Positions 46,780 to 58,336 are shown, counted from the first letter of the stretch. The stretch is DNA of 64,000 bases from Nitrosopumilaceae archaeon (GCA_052389415.1 JBQTHX010000055.1:31714-95713); one strand, 5' to 3'. The notes: generated from the sequence alone by a model not told the origin. Program-made: numbers and translations.

Positions 46780-47142
46780 ATGAAGGTGTTTAACGGTAAG
46801 ATGGCTGCGGAAGAATACATGTCAAGTCATACATTAACATTTTCAACTCCTGATCTAACTCTTACCAGATTTGCATATTGGTTAGGTGATGTCATACCAG
46901 ATCCTAAAAATCCTGATCAAACAATGCTTAGGATAATGAACTATGTAGAAGAGAAAGATTTTGCACCTGTTCCAATTATCGATGACGAATATGTTCCAAC
47001 TGGTGCAATAAAATCAAGTGGAGGAATTTATGGTGGTCTCAAAACTGAATCAGGTCCTTTAGCAAAGTTTTGCTCAGAGTGCGGTAGCAAGATTTCACAA
47101 AACGCTAGATTTTGTACCGAATGTGGTGCTACTCAGGACTAG
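46780..47142 (+). CDS. Zinc-ribbon domain protein
   Basis: C-terminal FCSECG...FCTECG. Confidence 0.8.
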   Translation: MKVFNGKMAAEEYMSSHTLTFSTPDLTLTRFAYWLGDVIPDPKNPDQTMLRIMNYVEEKDFAPVPIIDDEYVPTGAIKSSGGIYGGLKTESGPLAKFCSECGSKISQNARFCTECGATQD

Positions 47143-47180
47143 CAATATTGTTATGTAAATCAAGAAAAATTATTTCCTGA

Positions 47181-47687
47181 TTAAAGTTTATTTCCACACT
47201 TTGTACAGAACTTGGCATTTGGTCGTATTGATGCTCCGCAGGAAGTGCAACTTGGGCCCGAAGATTTTTGAGGCAATAATGATGGATCAGGCGTTGGTAG
47301 AGCCCCAGGAGAACTAAATGCGGCAGCAGAAATAATTTGCGGTGGACGACCAGTCATCGCAGGAGACATGGTTTGTGGAGGTGTAGTCTGGCCAAATCCT
47401 GCCATACCTGATTGTGGAACCATGGGGGTACGAGGAGCACCGCCACCAGACATTCTATCTAGTGACTTCTTTAATTCAAAAATTACTTTGACGGCAAGGA
47501 ACTCCAAGGCAGAATAAGCTACGACATAATCACCAAGTTTCTCAAAAAATTCTTTCTCTGATAATTTTCCTTGCTTGTATAATGTATTTGCATCAAGAAA
47601 TGATTCGTAATATCCTTGTGAATCGTTTAGAAGGCTTTGTAACTTGTCAAATAAGAGATTTAAAGTATCTACTTCTCCAAAGGACAT
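47181..47687 (-). CDS. Zinc-ribbon domain protein
   Basis: Helical N-terminus, Pro-rich linker, CTSCG...FCTKCG. Confidence 0.8.
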   Translation of the reverse strand: MSFGEVDTLNLLFDKLQSLLNDSQGYYESFLDANTLYKQGKLSEKEFFEKLGDYVVAYSALEFLAVKVIFELKKSLDRMSGGGAPRTPMVPQSGMAGFGQTTPPQTMSPAMTGRPPQIISAAAFSSPGALPTPDPSLLPQKSSGPSCTSCGASIRPNAKFCTKCGNKL

Positions 47688-47756
47688 ACAAAAAGTTCCT
47701 TAAGCCGTTATTAATTATTTTAGATCAAAAAAATGAAAAATTTGGTACTTCTGTAT

Positions 47757-48089
47757 CTAGATCTTTTTTAGAGCGTTTTCTATCATGTTTTTGTACGAGT
47801 CTTTTGAAGCTGCGCCTATCTGTTGTGCAATTATCTCGCCTTTATTGAAAATTGCAAGGGTTGGAATGCTAAATATGTTGTACTTTGATGCTACTTCGCC
47901 GCTTTCATCCACGTTTATTTTGACAAAATTTACTTTGCCCGAATATTCTCCAGCAAGTTCCTCAACTACTGGCCCAACCATCCTACAGGGACCACACCAT
48001 TCAGCCCAAAAGTCTACAAATACTGGTAGTTGAGATTCCATTACTTCGCTTTGCCAAGTTTTTGTGTTCACTGCTTTTGCATTTGCCAT
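47757..48089 (-). CDS. trxA: Thioredoxin
   Basis: DFWAEWCGPC, SIPTL. Confidence 0.93.
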   Translation of the reverse strand: MANAKAVNTKTWQSEVMESQLPVFVDFWAEWCGPCRMVGPVVEELAGEYSGKVNFVKINVDESGEVASKYNIFSIPTLAIFNKGEIIAQQIGAASKDSYKNMIENALKKI

Positions 48090-48152
48090 TTTTATCAGAG
48101 ATAATTAATTATCGTATCCCTAAATATGTTAATTGGTACTAGAGCCGGTTAT

Positions 48153-49544
48153 TTACCAGCGACTTCTTAGACCGTAATAATTTCTTGAGCCATTTCTTCT
48201 GCCATCATGTCTTGGTCTATTTTCATTTCTGTTCTCCCGCTGTTCATATCTATTTTCTCTGTGTTCATGTCTATCAGTTCTATCATTTCTATTATCGTGT
48301 CTACTTTCTCTACCATATCCTCTTCCACCACCATACCCACCGCTTCTATATCCCCCCCTGTACCCACTGCTTCTATATCCTCCATTCCTATGAGCAACAT
48401 CTCTTTTTAATGGGTCTGGGATCTTTATTTCGATTCCAAGTTGTTTATTAAGATCGGTTATTGGGACTTTGGTTTGATTTACAATATTTTTGAAATCTCC
48501 AATAGAAGAATATGAAACTAAAGTAATTGCTCTTCCTTTTGCGCCTGCTCTTGCAGTTCTTCCGATTCTGTGAAAGTATACCATATCCTGGTTTGGAACA
48601 TCGTAGTTTATGACTAGTGCAACTTCTGGCACGTCTATTCCTCTTGCTGCAACATCTGTAGCAACAAGTATGTCTGCCTTGCCTTTCTTGAATAGGTACA
48701 TTGCTTTATCTCTTCTAAATTGAGACATATCACCTTGAATTGAAACTACGTTAAAGTTTGCTTGGGTAAGCTCATGTGCAACTCGTCTTGTTCTATCCTT
48801 TGTAGAACAGAAAACGATAGTTTGTCCAGTCCTGTTTTCTTTTATGAATTTGAACAAATAATCAGTCTTTTCTTTATCGCGAATAATAAGTGACGCTTGG
48901 TCTATTCCTTCTCCACTTAGATCATCTGCATCTATAAAGACCTGTTGTGGATTTTTCATGTATTTTTCTGCCAGTCTGAGAATTTCGGCAGGCATTGTTG
49001 CAGAAAATAAGGATGCTACTCTTTCTTCTGGAACAAGGTTAAGGATGAATTTAATATCATCAATAAATCCCATGTCAAGCATTGTGTCAGCTTCATCTAG
49101 TACAACATATTTTATGTCGTTTAATTCAATAGAACCACGTTTTAGATGATCGATTAATCTTCCAGGTGTAGCTACAACTATCTCTACTCCTCTTTCCAGA
49201 TCTCTGAATTGTACATTAATGCTTTGTCCTCCATAAATCGTCGTGTTTTTAATTCCAGTGTGCTTTGCAAATTTGTTAATTTCACCTGAAATCTGAACTG
49301 CAAGCTCTCTTGTTGGTGCAAGGATTAATGCTTGTATTCCACCTTTAGGCACAACGTTTTGAAGAATTGGTAGGGAGAATGCTGCTGTCTTTCCTGTACC
49401 AGTATGTGCCTGACCAATTACATCCTGACCTGAAAGTATAATCGGTATAGCAGCAGCTTGTATTGGAAAAGGTGCTTGGAAATTTTGTTCTTTCAATCCA
49501 TCCAATATGGATTTTTTAATTCCTAATTCTTCAAATGTTATCAA
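48153..49544 (-). CDS. DEAD-box RNA helicase
   Basis: AHTGTGKT, PTRELA, TPGR, DEAD, SAT, HRIGRTAR; RGG/R-rich tail. Confidence 0.95.
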   Translation of the reverse strand: MITFEELGIKKSILDGLKEQNFQAPFPIQAAAIPIILSGQDVIGQAHTGTGKTAAFSLPILQNVVPKGGIQALILAPTRELAVQISGEINKFAKHTGIKNTTIYGGQSINVQFRDLERGVEIVVATPGRLIDHLKRGSIELNDIKYVVLDEADTMLDMGFIDDIKFILNLVPEERVASLFSATMPAEILRLAEKYMKNPQQVFIDADDLSGEGIDQASLIIRDKEKTDYLFKFIKENRTGQTIVFCSTKDRTRRVAHELTQANFNVVSIQGDMSQFRRDKAMYLFKKGKADILVATDVAARGIDVPEVALVINYDVPNQDMVYFHRIGRTARAGAKGRAITLVSYSSIGDFKNIVNQTKVPITDLNKQLGIEIKIPDPLKRDVAHRNGGYRSSGYRGGYRSGGYGGGRGYGRESRHDNRNDRTDRHEHRENRYEQRENRNENRPRHDGRRNGSRNYYGLRSRW

Positions 49545-49560
49545 TTTTTTTCATCTTTCT

Positions 49561-49590
49561 TAAGCAATGACAGAGAAAGCTCATTGCTTA
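49561..49590 (-). promoter_or_regulatory. Stem-loop just upstream of the DEAD-box helicase start
   Basis: TAAGCAATGA-N10-TCATTGCTTA, perfect 10-bp stem. Confidence 0.5.
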
Positions 49591-49782
49591 TTCCGTCATT
49601 ATTTTCGATGTTTTAACTCAGTTTTTTGCCTCTAATAACCCTTTCCCAAATATTGCAAAAAAAACAAGGCGTTATTAGAAATAATATAATTTTCAAGTAT
49701 GGAATAATTGGATATGGGAAGATTCCTTTGTAAAATTTACACCGGAATACATACTTAAATGACTTTTTTATAGACCTAATCT

Positions 49783-50517
49783 ATGAGTTCAGAACTTCGA
49801 TTGAAAAAACTGAGAGGTTCCGGAGGGTATGTTATGGCATCTGTTACTGATGATCAACAAAGAAAGGGAAATCTTGGCGGACCTGATCTTTTTTTGGCCC
49901 CGGTTGGGAGGATTAATGCTGATCAGATTTCAAAATATTTTTGCAATACTTGTGAAAAAGATTTTGAAGGAAGCCCTAGGATAGATTATGAAAATCCAAA
50001 TGAGCTTGTTGCTGACAATCTCATGCTTTTGGAAAAAGGACAATACATTTGTTCTAATTGTGGTTCAGTCCTTGCAGAATACCGAAGCTTTAGCAAACCG
50101 GATGAGAATGCTGAAGTTGGATTAGCCAAACCACAAACACTTGCAAGTCAGATCCTACAAGAAACTCCTACAGAGTATACACCTACACCTCCAAGTTATG
50201 TTACACCGGAGTTGTCAGCAACAGGTGTTACTTCATTTAATTCTATAGCTGGTCTTGTTGTTTATGATTCTGAAGCGCGAAGAATTGGAGTTGTAAAACA
50301 AATAGGAATACAAACAGGTAAGCCAGGAATTGTTTTGGTCGTTACAAAAAACGATGGAAGTGACGTTCTGATAAGATGGGAAGAGATTAAGAAGATAGGA
50401 GAGATAGTCCTTGTAGACAGCCAAGTATCAACCACAAGTTCGAAATGCAGTGATTGCGGCTTTGATAACAAATCAGATTCAAAATTTTGTGAAAGTTGTG
50501 GTAAAAAAATAAGATAG
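49783..50517 (+). CDS. Conserved thaumarchaeal protein with Zn ribbons and a PRC-barrel
   Basis: CNTC/CSNC, GLVVYDSEARRIGVV..., IRWEEIKKIGEIVLV, C-terminal CSDCG...FCESCG. Confidence 0.8.
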   Translation: MSSELRLKKLRGSGGYVMASVTDDQQRKGNLGGPDLFLAPVGRINADQISKYFCNTCEKDFEGSPRIDYENPNELVADNLMLLEKGQYICSNCGSVLAEYRSFSKPDENAEVGLAKPQTLASQILQETPTEYTPTPPSYVTPELSATGVTSFNSIAGLVVYDSEARRIGVVKQIGIQTGKPGIVLVVTKNDGSDVLIRWEEIKKIGEIVLVDSQVSTTSSKCSDCGFDNKSDSKFCESCGKKIR

Positions 50518-50571
50518 ATGCCATTATGCTAAGAAAGATTTATTTTACAAACGTATTGGACAGGGTGTAAT

Positions 50572-51219
50572 TTGAATAAACATTCTGGAGTTTATGGAAT
50601 TGCAAAAGATATCATAATTGTCGTTATTGGTGTTGCTATCATTTGGGCTAGTCTAATGATTATTTTTGGTACAACCAACCCATTCTATGTGGTATCGAGC
50701 GGCAGTATGGAACCAGTCCTGAATGTTTTTGATGTTCTAGTTGTACAAGGCAATGAACCTTTTGATAAAATTCAGAAAGGCGATATCATAGTCTTTAACA
50801 GACCAAACGGTCATGACAGAGTTATTGTGCACAGGGTAGCCGAGATTATTGATGAAGATCCACGCGTAATTAGAACAAAGGGAGATGCAAACCCTGCGTC
50901 TATACCTGGAACTGATATGCCGATAACCAAAGACGAATACATTGGTAAAGTGGCATATGTAATTCCTCAGATTGGATACATTACACGAGTTCTATCTCCA
51001 CCTACAAATTATATCATAATTGCAGTAATTATCGGAGTCATGATATACAAACAGTACGGGAGAAAGAAAAAATCAGATCAGACAATCCAATCAGACCAAT
51101 TACATCAGACTGATTCTAGTTCAAATATATCTACGGAAGCAAAAACAGAAAACTTTGATGACAGATCTAAAAATACTGGAAACGGGGAACCGAAAGAATT
51201 TTCACCAAAAGAAAGCTAG
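50572..51219 (+). CDS. Signal peptidase I (Sec11-type)
   Basis: VVSSGSMEP, GDIIVF, IVHRV, TKGDAN. Confidence 0.93.
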   Translation: MNKHSGVYGIAKDIIIVVIGVAIIWASLMIIFGTTNPFYVVSSGSMEPVLNVFDVLVVQGNEPFDKIQKGDIIVFNRPNGHDRVIVHRVAEIIDEDPRVIRTKGDANPASIPGTDMPITKDEYIGKVAYVIPQIGYITRVLSPPTNYIIIAVIIGVMIYKQYGRKKKSDQTIQSDQLHQTDSSSNISTEAKTENFDDRSKNTGNGEPKEFSPKES

Positions 51220-52763
51220 TTTCTTACGCCTGCAAGTTTTTCAGCCAGTTTTTTATTTTCTGTTTTACTTACCTTAAACACCCGTTCAAAGTAATCAGCT
51301 TGTTCTGGTGAAAGATCTGGTTCTTCTTTTACGTTTGCTAAGTTTTTTGCAAGTTTCTTTTTATAACCAAGCTGCATCAATCGTGAAATGTTAATTCTTT
51401 GGGCTTGTGGTGAACCAGCTCCATGCATTGATTCTGTCAAATAACCCACAGCGTTTCTTCCCATCGTCATATTTTCAATCAATCTTAAAATTCTCATTCT
51501 GTTTTCAACATCTACTCCTTTACGTCCTTTTAGGTATTTTTTTAAAATCGGTCCTGTTTCTGAATTTCTAAAGTCTTTTTCAGACGGCAATGTGACCATT
51601 AGACCACCGGCTATATCTTGAGCCAACCTTCCAATCTCATATGGGAATCTCGTCACGTTATGTTTGCAAACATTTGCAAGCATATCATCATTTAACCAAA
51701 CTCCAGATTTGGTTTCGTGTGCTTGATATGAAGACGCGATTCCTGCTGCGTAGATGCTCTCGTTTAAATGAGTCATTTCAACAAGCTTGTCTTTGATATG
51801 GGATACATTTGGCACTCCATTGTAATCAGCAATTGAAGCTGCAGCTCCAATGAGTACATCACCTAATCCTGTTTTACAAACATAGCTTCTTCTGTGATAA
51901 CATGTGAATCGTTCCACAAGCATTGACGCAAATTCGTATTCGCCGTTCATAAAAACACGTTCCCAAGGAATGAAAACATCATCAAAAATCATCATGGCTT
52001 CTTGCCCCGAAAATTTTGCATTTCCGGCATCAAGATCTCCTTCTTCCATGCTTCTTGTATCACATGATTGTCTACCATAGATGTATGTGATGCCTGGTTC
52101 GTCAGCCCTAACAGCTCCTACTACAGCATAATCTTTATCATTCTCTTGTAGTCGCATTGTTGGCATTACTATAATCCAATGAGAGTTTATACAACCAGTT
52201 TGGTGAGCCTTTGCACCTCTTATGATAACACCTTTGTCATTTTTTTCTACAACCCGCAAGAATACGTCTGGATCCTCTTGTTCATGTGGAGCCTTACTTC
52301 TGTCTCCTTTTGGATCGGTCATAGCACCGCCAATTACAAGATTTTCGTTTTGAACCATTTTTATAAAATCAACCAGTCGTTTGTGATAACTTGTCTTGTA
52401 TTTTTCATCAATTTCATGTGTAACAGAATAGAGTGAGTTTAATGCATCCATACCTACACACCTCTGAAAACATGTTCCTGTATTTTGGCCAAGTTTTCTT
52501 TGCATCTTGTTTTGGTTAACCAGATCCGTAGCACTTTCTGCAATATGTAAAAATCTGTTGACTTTTTGTCCAGTTATAGAAGAATATGCAGTAGCCAGAT
52601 CTTCCTCTCTCACAGCTAGATCATAGGTCTCAGCCACAGCATTAATCGAAGGACGAATAATTGGATGGTCTACTGGTTCTTTAACACGTTCTCCAAAAAG
52701 GTAAACCTTGAGATTTCTCCCTCTGAGACTTTGAATGTACTCAGCTCCAGTCCTAATTGGCAT
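51216..52763 (-). CDS. abfD: 4-hydroxybutyryl-CoA dehydratase (3HP/4HB cycle)
   Basis: TCFQRCVGMD, AMTDPKGDR, CYHRRSYVCK, ESMHGAGSPQAQ; likely start at MPIRTG. Confidence 0.95.
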   Translation of the reverse strand: MPIRTGAEYIQSLRGRNLKVYLFGERVKEPVDHPIIRPSINAVAETYDLAVREEDLATAYSSITGQKVNRFLHIAESATDLVNQNKMQRKLGQNTGTCFQRCVGMDALNSLYSVTHEIDEKYKTSYHKRLVDFIKMVQNENLVIGGAMTDPKGDRSKAPHEQEDPDVFLRVVEKNDKGVIIRGAKAHQTGCINSHWIIVMPTMRLQENDKDYAVVGAVRADEPGITYIYGRQSCDTRSMEEGDLDAGNAKFSGQEAMMIFDDVFIPWERVFMNGEYEFASMLVERFTCYHRRSYVCKTGLGDVLIGAAASIADYNGVPNVSHIKDKLVEMTHLNESIYAAGIASSYQAHETKSGVWLNDDMLANVCKHNVTRFPYEIGRLAQDIAGGLMVTLPSEKDFRNSETGPILKKYLKGRKGVDVENRMRILRLIENMTMGRNAVGYLTESMHGAGSPQAQRINISRLMQLGYKKKLAKNLANVKEEPDLSPEQADYFERVFKVSKTENKKLAEKLAGVRN

Positions 52764-52834
52764 GCATCTATTCTTCATCATAGTAATATAAAATCTTAGG
52801 CATGTGTTTAGCGGCAAAAAGTGTCAAGATGAAA

Positions 52835-54943
52835 TCAGACAAGACCTATTCTTACGTCTACTGCTTTGCAACCTTTTCCTTTTGCAAAGACTAGAACTGG
52901 ATTCATGTCAAGTTCCTTTATTTCCTTAAAGTCACTTACCAGTTGCGATAGTCTTTGTATACATTCAGATAATTTTTTTAGATCTGATGGTTTTTCACCA
53001 CGTACTCCTTGCAATAGTTTATTTGTTTTAATAGAGGCGATCATTTCATCAGATTCTGTATTTGTAATTGGAGCTAGTCTGAAGGTAACATCTTTGAGGA
53101 CCTCGACATAGATTCCTCCCATACCAAACATTATCACTGGTCCGAATCCCGGTTCTAATTTAGAACCAATTATGGTTTCTTTTCCTCCTTTTACCATTTC
53201 TTGAACTAGGACTCCTTTGATGATTGCTTTTTTATCGTATTTTTTTGCATTCTTAATTATTTCTTTAAATGCGGATCTTACTTCTTGTGGATTTTTTAAT
53301 CCAACTTTTACTCCACCTGCATCAGACTTGTGAATAATTTGTGGCGAAGCAATTTTCATTACTACTGGGAAACCAATCTTTTTTGCAGCTTTTATTGCCT
53401 CTTTGTCTTTTGTAGCTAGGATACTTTTTGGAACAGGGAAACCATAGGCTCGTAAAACCTCTTGCCCTTCCTCTTCAAGAAGGTTTTTTCGTCCCTCTGC
53501 TTTAACATGAGCAAATACATTTTCTACCTTCTTTTTGTGTACTGCAAACTTTCGTACAGTACCCTCCGGAGAGTGAGACCATTGTTTAAAACGTAGCATA
53601 GCATAGAGTGAGCGAATAGCAGTCTCTGCATAGGTATAGTGAGGGATGCCTCCCTGTGCAAGTATTTCTTTGTTTTTAATTCCTTCATCTAGGCCCATAA
53701 GACTAGCCAAGATAGTCTTTTTTGGGTGTTTTTTAGACATGTTGACTACAACTTCAGCAAGCTTGTTGTAATCCAAAGTAGCAGATGGAGTGCACATTAC
53801 GATTACTGATCCTACGTTTGGATGGGCTAGAACTTCGTTTAGTACATTATCAAATCGATTAAAATCTGCATCGCCTACAATATCAACTGGATTTCTAGAT
53901 GAACCCCATGGTGGAATCACCGCATTAATTTTTGGTCGTATTTCTTCAATTTTTGCCATCTTGATCCCAAGCTTGGAACATGCATCAGTAGAAATGATAG
54001 CCGGTCCTCCAGCGTTAGAGACAATAACTAGATCACCTTGGGTTGGAAGTTCTTGCTTTGAAAAAGCGGTTGCATAGTCAAACAATTCCTCCATGGTATC
54101 TACACGAATTGCACCTGATTGTTTTAACAACGCATCATAAATTTCGTCAGAACCCATCAAAGCACCTGTATGAGACATGGCTGCTTTGGCACCTTCAGGG
54201 CTACGACCAGATTTCAAAACAATGATTGGTTTTTTTATCGGATTAAGACGTGTTATCTGTTTACAAATTTTAAGGAATTCTGGTCCGTTTCCAAGATCTT
54301 CAAGATACATTACTATGACTTTGGTTTGTTCATGTTCTGCAAGAATCTTGAGAATATCAACTTCATTGAGATCTACCTTATTTCCCATGCTGATGACTGC
54401 AGAGAATCCAATTCCTTGGGCACTAGCATCTTCCACCAAAGCTGCACAGATAGCTCCGCTTTGTGAGACAAGTGCAATCCCACCTGACTTTGGAGTTACT
54501 TTGAGAAAAGTAGAATTCATCATTGTTTGCGGTGCAAGATTCATTACACCAAGGCAGTTTGGACCTATGATTCTAAGGCCAGATTGTTTTGCAATCTCGC
54601 CTAACCTTCTTTCAAGTGCAGCTCCTTCTTGATTTACTTCTTTAAATCCAGCAGTAATTACAATAGCACCTTTAATCTTCTTCTTGCCACATTCTTCCAC
54701 CACAGAAGGCACTATGTCATTTTTTGTAACAATTACTGCAAGATCAATTTCCTCTGGAACTTCAAGTACGTTCTTGTACGCCTTTTTTTCAAATACTACG
54801 TCCCTAGTAGGGCTAATTGGAAAAATTTTTCCAGTATAACCTTTCATTATGTTTGATGTTATAGCTCTACCTACACTCCCTTCTTTATCTGATGCACCAA
54901 TTATTGCAATAGATTTTGGAGAAAGAAAAACAGATTCAGTCAT
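52835..54943 (-). CDS. ADP-forming acyl-CoA ligase, probably 4-hydroxybutyryl-CoA synthetase
   Basis: CoA-binding domain, GPNCLG, SQSG, SHTGAL, ATP-grasp HKSDAGGV; adjacent to the dehydratase as in the N. maritimus Nmar_0206/0207 pair. Confidence 0.88.
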   Translation of the reverse strand: MTESVFLSPKSIAIIGASDKEGSVGRAITSNIMKGYTGKIFPISPTRDVVFEKKAYKNVLEVPEEIDLAVIVTKNDIVPSVVEECGKKKIKGAIVITAGFKEVNQEGAALERRLGEIAKQSGLRIIGPNCLGVMNLAPQTMMNSTFLKVTPKSGGIALVSQSGAICAALVEDASAQGIGFSAVISMGNKVDLNEVDILKILAEHEQTKVIVMYLEDLGNGPEFLKICKQITRLNPIKKPIIVLKSGRSPEGAKAAMSHTGALMGSDEIYDALLKQSGAIRVDTMEELFDYATAFSKQELPTQGDLVIVSNAGGPAIISTDACSKLGIKMAKIEEIRPKINAVIPPWGSSRNPVDIVGDADFNRFDNVLNEVLAHPNVGSVIVMCTPSATLDYNKLAEVVVNMSKKHPKKTILASLMGLDEGIKNKEILAQGGIPHYTYAETAIRSLYAMLRFKQWSHSPEGTVRKFAVHKKKVENVFAHVKAEGRKNLLEEEGQEVLRAYGFPVPKSILATKDKEAIKAAKKIGFPVVMKIASPQIIHKSDAGGVKVGLKNPQEVRSAFKEIIKNAKKYDKKAIIKGVLVQEMVKGGKETIIGSKLEPGFGPVIMFGMGGIYVEVLKDVTFRLAPITNTESDEMIASIKTNKLLQGVRGEKPSDLKKLSECIQRLSQLVSDFKEIKELDMNPVLVFAKGKGCKAVDVRIGLV

Positions 54944-54994
54944 TATTAATGAATTGGGATCAAATTAAATTGTATAATAAGTTATCCGTTAGCG

Positions 54995-55354
54995 TTAACT
55001 GCCAAGCATCTTTCCTGCCAGATTTTCTTTTCTTGGAATCCATTTGATTGAAAGATTAGAATATTTCCCAATCAGGTTCCAGGCTTCCATTGCCAAAGTT
55101 CGAAGTTCTGAACTGTTTATAGCATATTCATGATTTAGTTGAGATACTGTGTTTTTAGAGTCACTATAGATAATCACCTCGTCTTTAGAATCTAGAAATT
55201 TTTTCAAGACTGTAATTATGGCAAGATATTCTGCTTGATTATTTGTAATGTTTGATTTCTCTTCATAGAAAGATTCTCCGGTCTCTTTTACAAAGAAACC
55301 AAATCCAGAACTTGGTCCCCCAGAACCATCTACGTATATGCTAAGTGTCATCAC
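54995..55354 (-). CDS. Ribonuclease HI family protein
   Basis: YVDGS, TNNQAEY, SDS, WIPRKEN. Confidence 0.88.
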   Translation of the reverse strand: MMTLSIYVDGSGGPSSGFGFFVKETGESFYEEKSNITNNQAEYLAIITVLKKFLDSKDEVIIYSDSKNTVSQLNHEYAINSSELRTLAMEAWNLIGKYSNLSIKWIPRKENLAGKMLGS

Positions 55355-55793
55355 TGTATAGACCCGATATTTTTATGCCCAAGTTTACAACTATTAAAAA
55401 GAGAATAAACGAAATGGATTGTGATATGATTGATGCAAGATATGGCTCATAGACTTCAGTGAGCAAATAATATTGTAAAACCCATCTAGATATCAGGTAT
55501 ATAATTTCACCAATGCCTAATGATGATATGAGTTTGATGAGATCTTTTTTGAGTACTTGCCAATCAGTTTCTCCTGATTTTAATTTGTATTTTTTTCTAT
55601 TATCAAAGTAATAAAATCCGCCAAATGTAGTAAGATACACGGAATAATCTACCAAAAGCGTAAGAGTTGTGTTAAGATAATATTCTTGTTCGGAAAACAA
55701 TTGTGCTGCTATCGCTGAAATGGTAACGGAAGCAACATACCCAAACAGAATATTCTTGTTGAGTTTGAGATATTCCTTGTACTGTTGTCCCAT
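55341..55793 (-). CDS. Membrane protein (GtrA-like topology)
   Basis: Four hydrophobic segments. Confidence 0.65.
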   Translation of the reverse strand: MGQQYKEYLKLNKNILFGYVASVTISAIAAQLFSEQEYYLNTTLTLLVDYSVYLTTFGGFYYFDNRKKYKLKSGETDWQVLKKDLIKLISSLGIGEIIYLISRWVLQYYLLTEVYEPYLASIISQSISFILFLIVVNLGIKISGLYSDDT

Positions 55794-55960
55794 AAAAATT
55801 ACTATAGGTGTCTTACAAATAAATCATCTAAATTAGCCACTAAAAAGATTACAAAAGACATATGGCAATGAACCCACAATCCGTTTTTAAAAATCAGAAA
55901 ACTGAATTAATAATTATGTAAAGGACATGGAGCAATTGGTCTACGTCGACAGATTTAGGA

Positions 55961-57673
55961 TTAGAAGAGATTGTATAACCTTGCAAGAGATACTTTGTCC
56001 ACCGGATCAACAGTTGCAATCTTTCCATCTACTCTGACTTCATATGTTTCTGGATTGATCTCTATTTTTGGTGTAAGATCGTTGTAAATCATATCTTTCT
56101 TACTTATTTTTCTACAATTTTTCACTGGAACTAACTTTTTACTTGTTTTGACTTTAGAGGATAATCCCAAGTCAAGAGCAATTTGTGACGAAAATGTCAC
56201 TGAAGTGGAGTATTTTGCCCCGCCCATGGATCCAAACATTGGTCTGTAGTAAACTGGTTCTGTGGTCGGTATAGACGCATTAGGATCTCCCATCAAAGAA
56301 TATGCAATCATTCCCCCTTTGATTATCAATTTTGGTTTTATGCCAAAAAATTGCGGCGTCCAGACTACAATGTCAGCAATCTTGCCAACCTCCAATGAAC
56401 CCACATACTGTGATATTCCATGCGTAATTGCAGGATTTATTGTGATTTTGGCAAGATATCGCTTTACTCTAAGGTTATCATTTGTTCCTGATTCTTGTTC
56501 TAGTCTGCCTACCATCTTTTTCATTTTATCGGCAGTCTGCCAATTTCTTGTTGTAACCTCACCTATTCGACCCATTGCCTGACTATCGGACGACATCATA
56601 CTCAGGGCACCAATATCATGCAGTACGTCCTCAGCTGCGATTGTCTCACCTCTAATTCTTGATTCGGCAAAAGAGACATCTTCAGGAACAGATGGATTGA
56701 GATGATGACACACCATCATCATATCCAGATGTTCTGATAGCGTATTTACTGTAAACGGTCTTGTTGGGTTGGTTGATGAAGGTAGGATATTTTTTTCTCC
56801 AGCAATCTTCATTATATCGGGAGCATGTCCTCCGCCAGCACCCTCAGTGTGATATGTATGAATGGTTCTACCAGCTATTGCATTTATTGTATCATCCACA
56901 TATCCACATTCATTCAATGTATCAGTATGAATTGCCACTTGAGTGTCAGTCTTGTCTGCCACCCTAAGGGCAGAATCAATTGTAGCAGGTGTCGTACCCC
57001 AATCCTCGTGTAACTTTAAACCACATGCTCCGCCCTCTATTTGTTCCATTAATGCTGTCTCCTGAGAATCATTTCCTTTCCCCAAGAAACCAAAATTCAA
57101 AGGCAACTCGTCAACTGCTTCTATCATTCTTTGAATATTCCAAGCTCCCGGGGTACAGGTGGTGGCATTGGTACCATCTGCAGGACCAGTTCCTCCGCCA
57201 ATCATTGTGGTGGTTCCATTACAAATTGCGTGAATCGCTTGTTGAGGCGAAATAAAATGAATGTGAGTGTCAATAGCTCCTGGAGTACAAATTGTATGCT
57301 CTCCTGAAATGACTTCAGTGTTAGATGAAATGATCAAATCAATTCCATCCATTATGTTAGGGTTTCCTGCATTACCAATTCCTACTATTACACCATCTTT
57401 GATTCCAATGTCTCCCTTGATAATACCCAATATTGGATCCATAATGATTGCATTTGTGATTACAAGGTCAAGGGAGTTTTCTCTTTTTACGCCGCTTGCT
57501 TGACCTAGTCCATCTCTGGCACTTTTTCCTCCTCCAAAAACCACCTCGTCTCCATATACAAGAAGGTTTTTTTCTATTTCAATTATCAAATCGGTGTCAG
57601 CAAGTCTTACTTTGTCACCTACAGTAGGACCGAAAAGATCAACGTATGTCCTTCGTGGGATTTTCAAAGTCAT
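55961..57673 (-). CDS. ureC: Urease alpha subunit
   Basis: [44 protein letters not shown]. Confidence 0.98.
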   Translation of the reverse strand: MTLKIPRRTYVDLFGPTVGDKVRLADTDLIIEIEKNLLVYGDEVVFGGGKSARDGLGQASGVKRENSLDLVITNAIIMDPILGIIKGDIGIKDGVIVGIGNAGNPNIMDGIDLIISSNTEVISGEHTICTPGAIDTHIHFISPQQAIHAICNGTTTMIGGGTGPADGTNATTCTPGAWNIQRMIEAVDELPLNFGFLGKGNDSQETALMEQIEGGACGLKLHEDWGTTPATIDSALRVADKTDTQVAIHTDTLNECGYVDDTINAIAGRTIHTYHTEGAGGGHAPDIMKIAGEKNILPSSTNPTRPFTVNTLSEHLDMMMVCHHLNPSVPEDVSFAESRIRGETIAAEDVLHDIGALSMMSSDSQAMGRIGEVTTRNWQTADKMKKMVGRLEQESGTNDNLRVKRYLAKITINPAITHGISQYVGSLEVGKIADIVVWTPQFFGIKPKLIIKGGMIAYSLMGDPNASIPTTEPVYYRPMFGSMGGAKYSTSVTFSSQIALDLGLSSKVKTSKKLVPVKNCRKISKKDMIYNDLTPKIEINPETYEVRVDGKIATVDPVDKVSLARLYNLF

Positions 57674-58029
57674 GATTTGAAACCTCTTTCTTTTGATTTA
57701 TTCAAGGCATCTTCTCTTTTTTCATCCAAATTACCGTTGACCAATCCAGAAAACCCAAAGACAATCCTTTTTCCAGCATATTCTACAAGTTCTACTTCCC
57801 TCGAGTCGCCAGGTTCAAATCTAACAGATGTACCTGATGGAATGTTAAGGTGAAAGCCATAGGAATCTTTCCTGATAAAAGACAGCGCCTTATTTACCTC
57901 AAAAAAATGAGTATGTGACCCTACCTGTATTGGTCTGTCACCAGTATTTGTTACAAGAATTTTTACAGTCTTCCTGTTTTCATTTGCTATGATTGGCTGA
58001 TCTGAAATGAAATATTCTCCTGGTATCAT
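57670..58029 (-). CDS. ureB: Urease beta subunit
   Basis: [26 protein letters not shown]. Confidence 0.97.
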   Translation of the reverse strand: MIPGEYFISDQPIIANENRKTVKILVTNTGDRPIQVGSHTHFFEVNKALSFIRKDSYGFHLNIPSGTSVRFEPGDSREVELVEYAGKRIVFGFSGLVNGNLDEKREDALNKSKERGFKS

Positions 58030-58033
58030 ATCA

Positions 58034-58336
58034 TTACACTATTGGATTATGTACAGTTACGAGTTTTGTTCCGTCTTCAAATGTGGCCTCGACCTGAATT
58101 GTATGAATCATTTCAGACACCCCAGGCAACACATCGTCTTTTTTTAGTACTTTGTTTCCAGAGATCATAAGCTCTGAAACTGTCTTTCCATCCCTTGCAC
58201 CTTCAAGTATATGATCTGTGATCAAAGCAACTGCCTCTGGATGATTTAGCTTCAGGCCTCTTTCCTTTCTTCTCTGAGCTAACTGTGCTGCAACAAAAAT
58301 ACTGAGTTTATCCAGATCTTTAGGAGTAAACATCAT
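58034..58336 (-). CDS. ureA: Urease gamma subunit
   Basis: [28 protein letters not shown]. Confidence 0.97.
   Translation of the reverse strand: MMFTPKDLDKLSIFVAAQLAQRRKERGLKLNHPEAVALITDHILEGARDGKTVSELMISGNKVLKKDDVLPGVSEMIHTIQVEATFEDGTKLVTVHNPIV

Noticed and set aside
48167-48451. Repetitive alternative ORFs and short repeats near 48.2-48.4 kb
   Set aside because: Explained by the RGG/R-rich low-complexity tail of the DEAD-box helicase.
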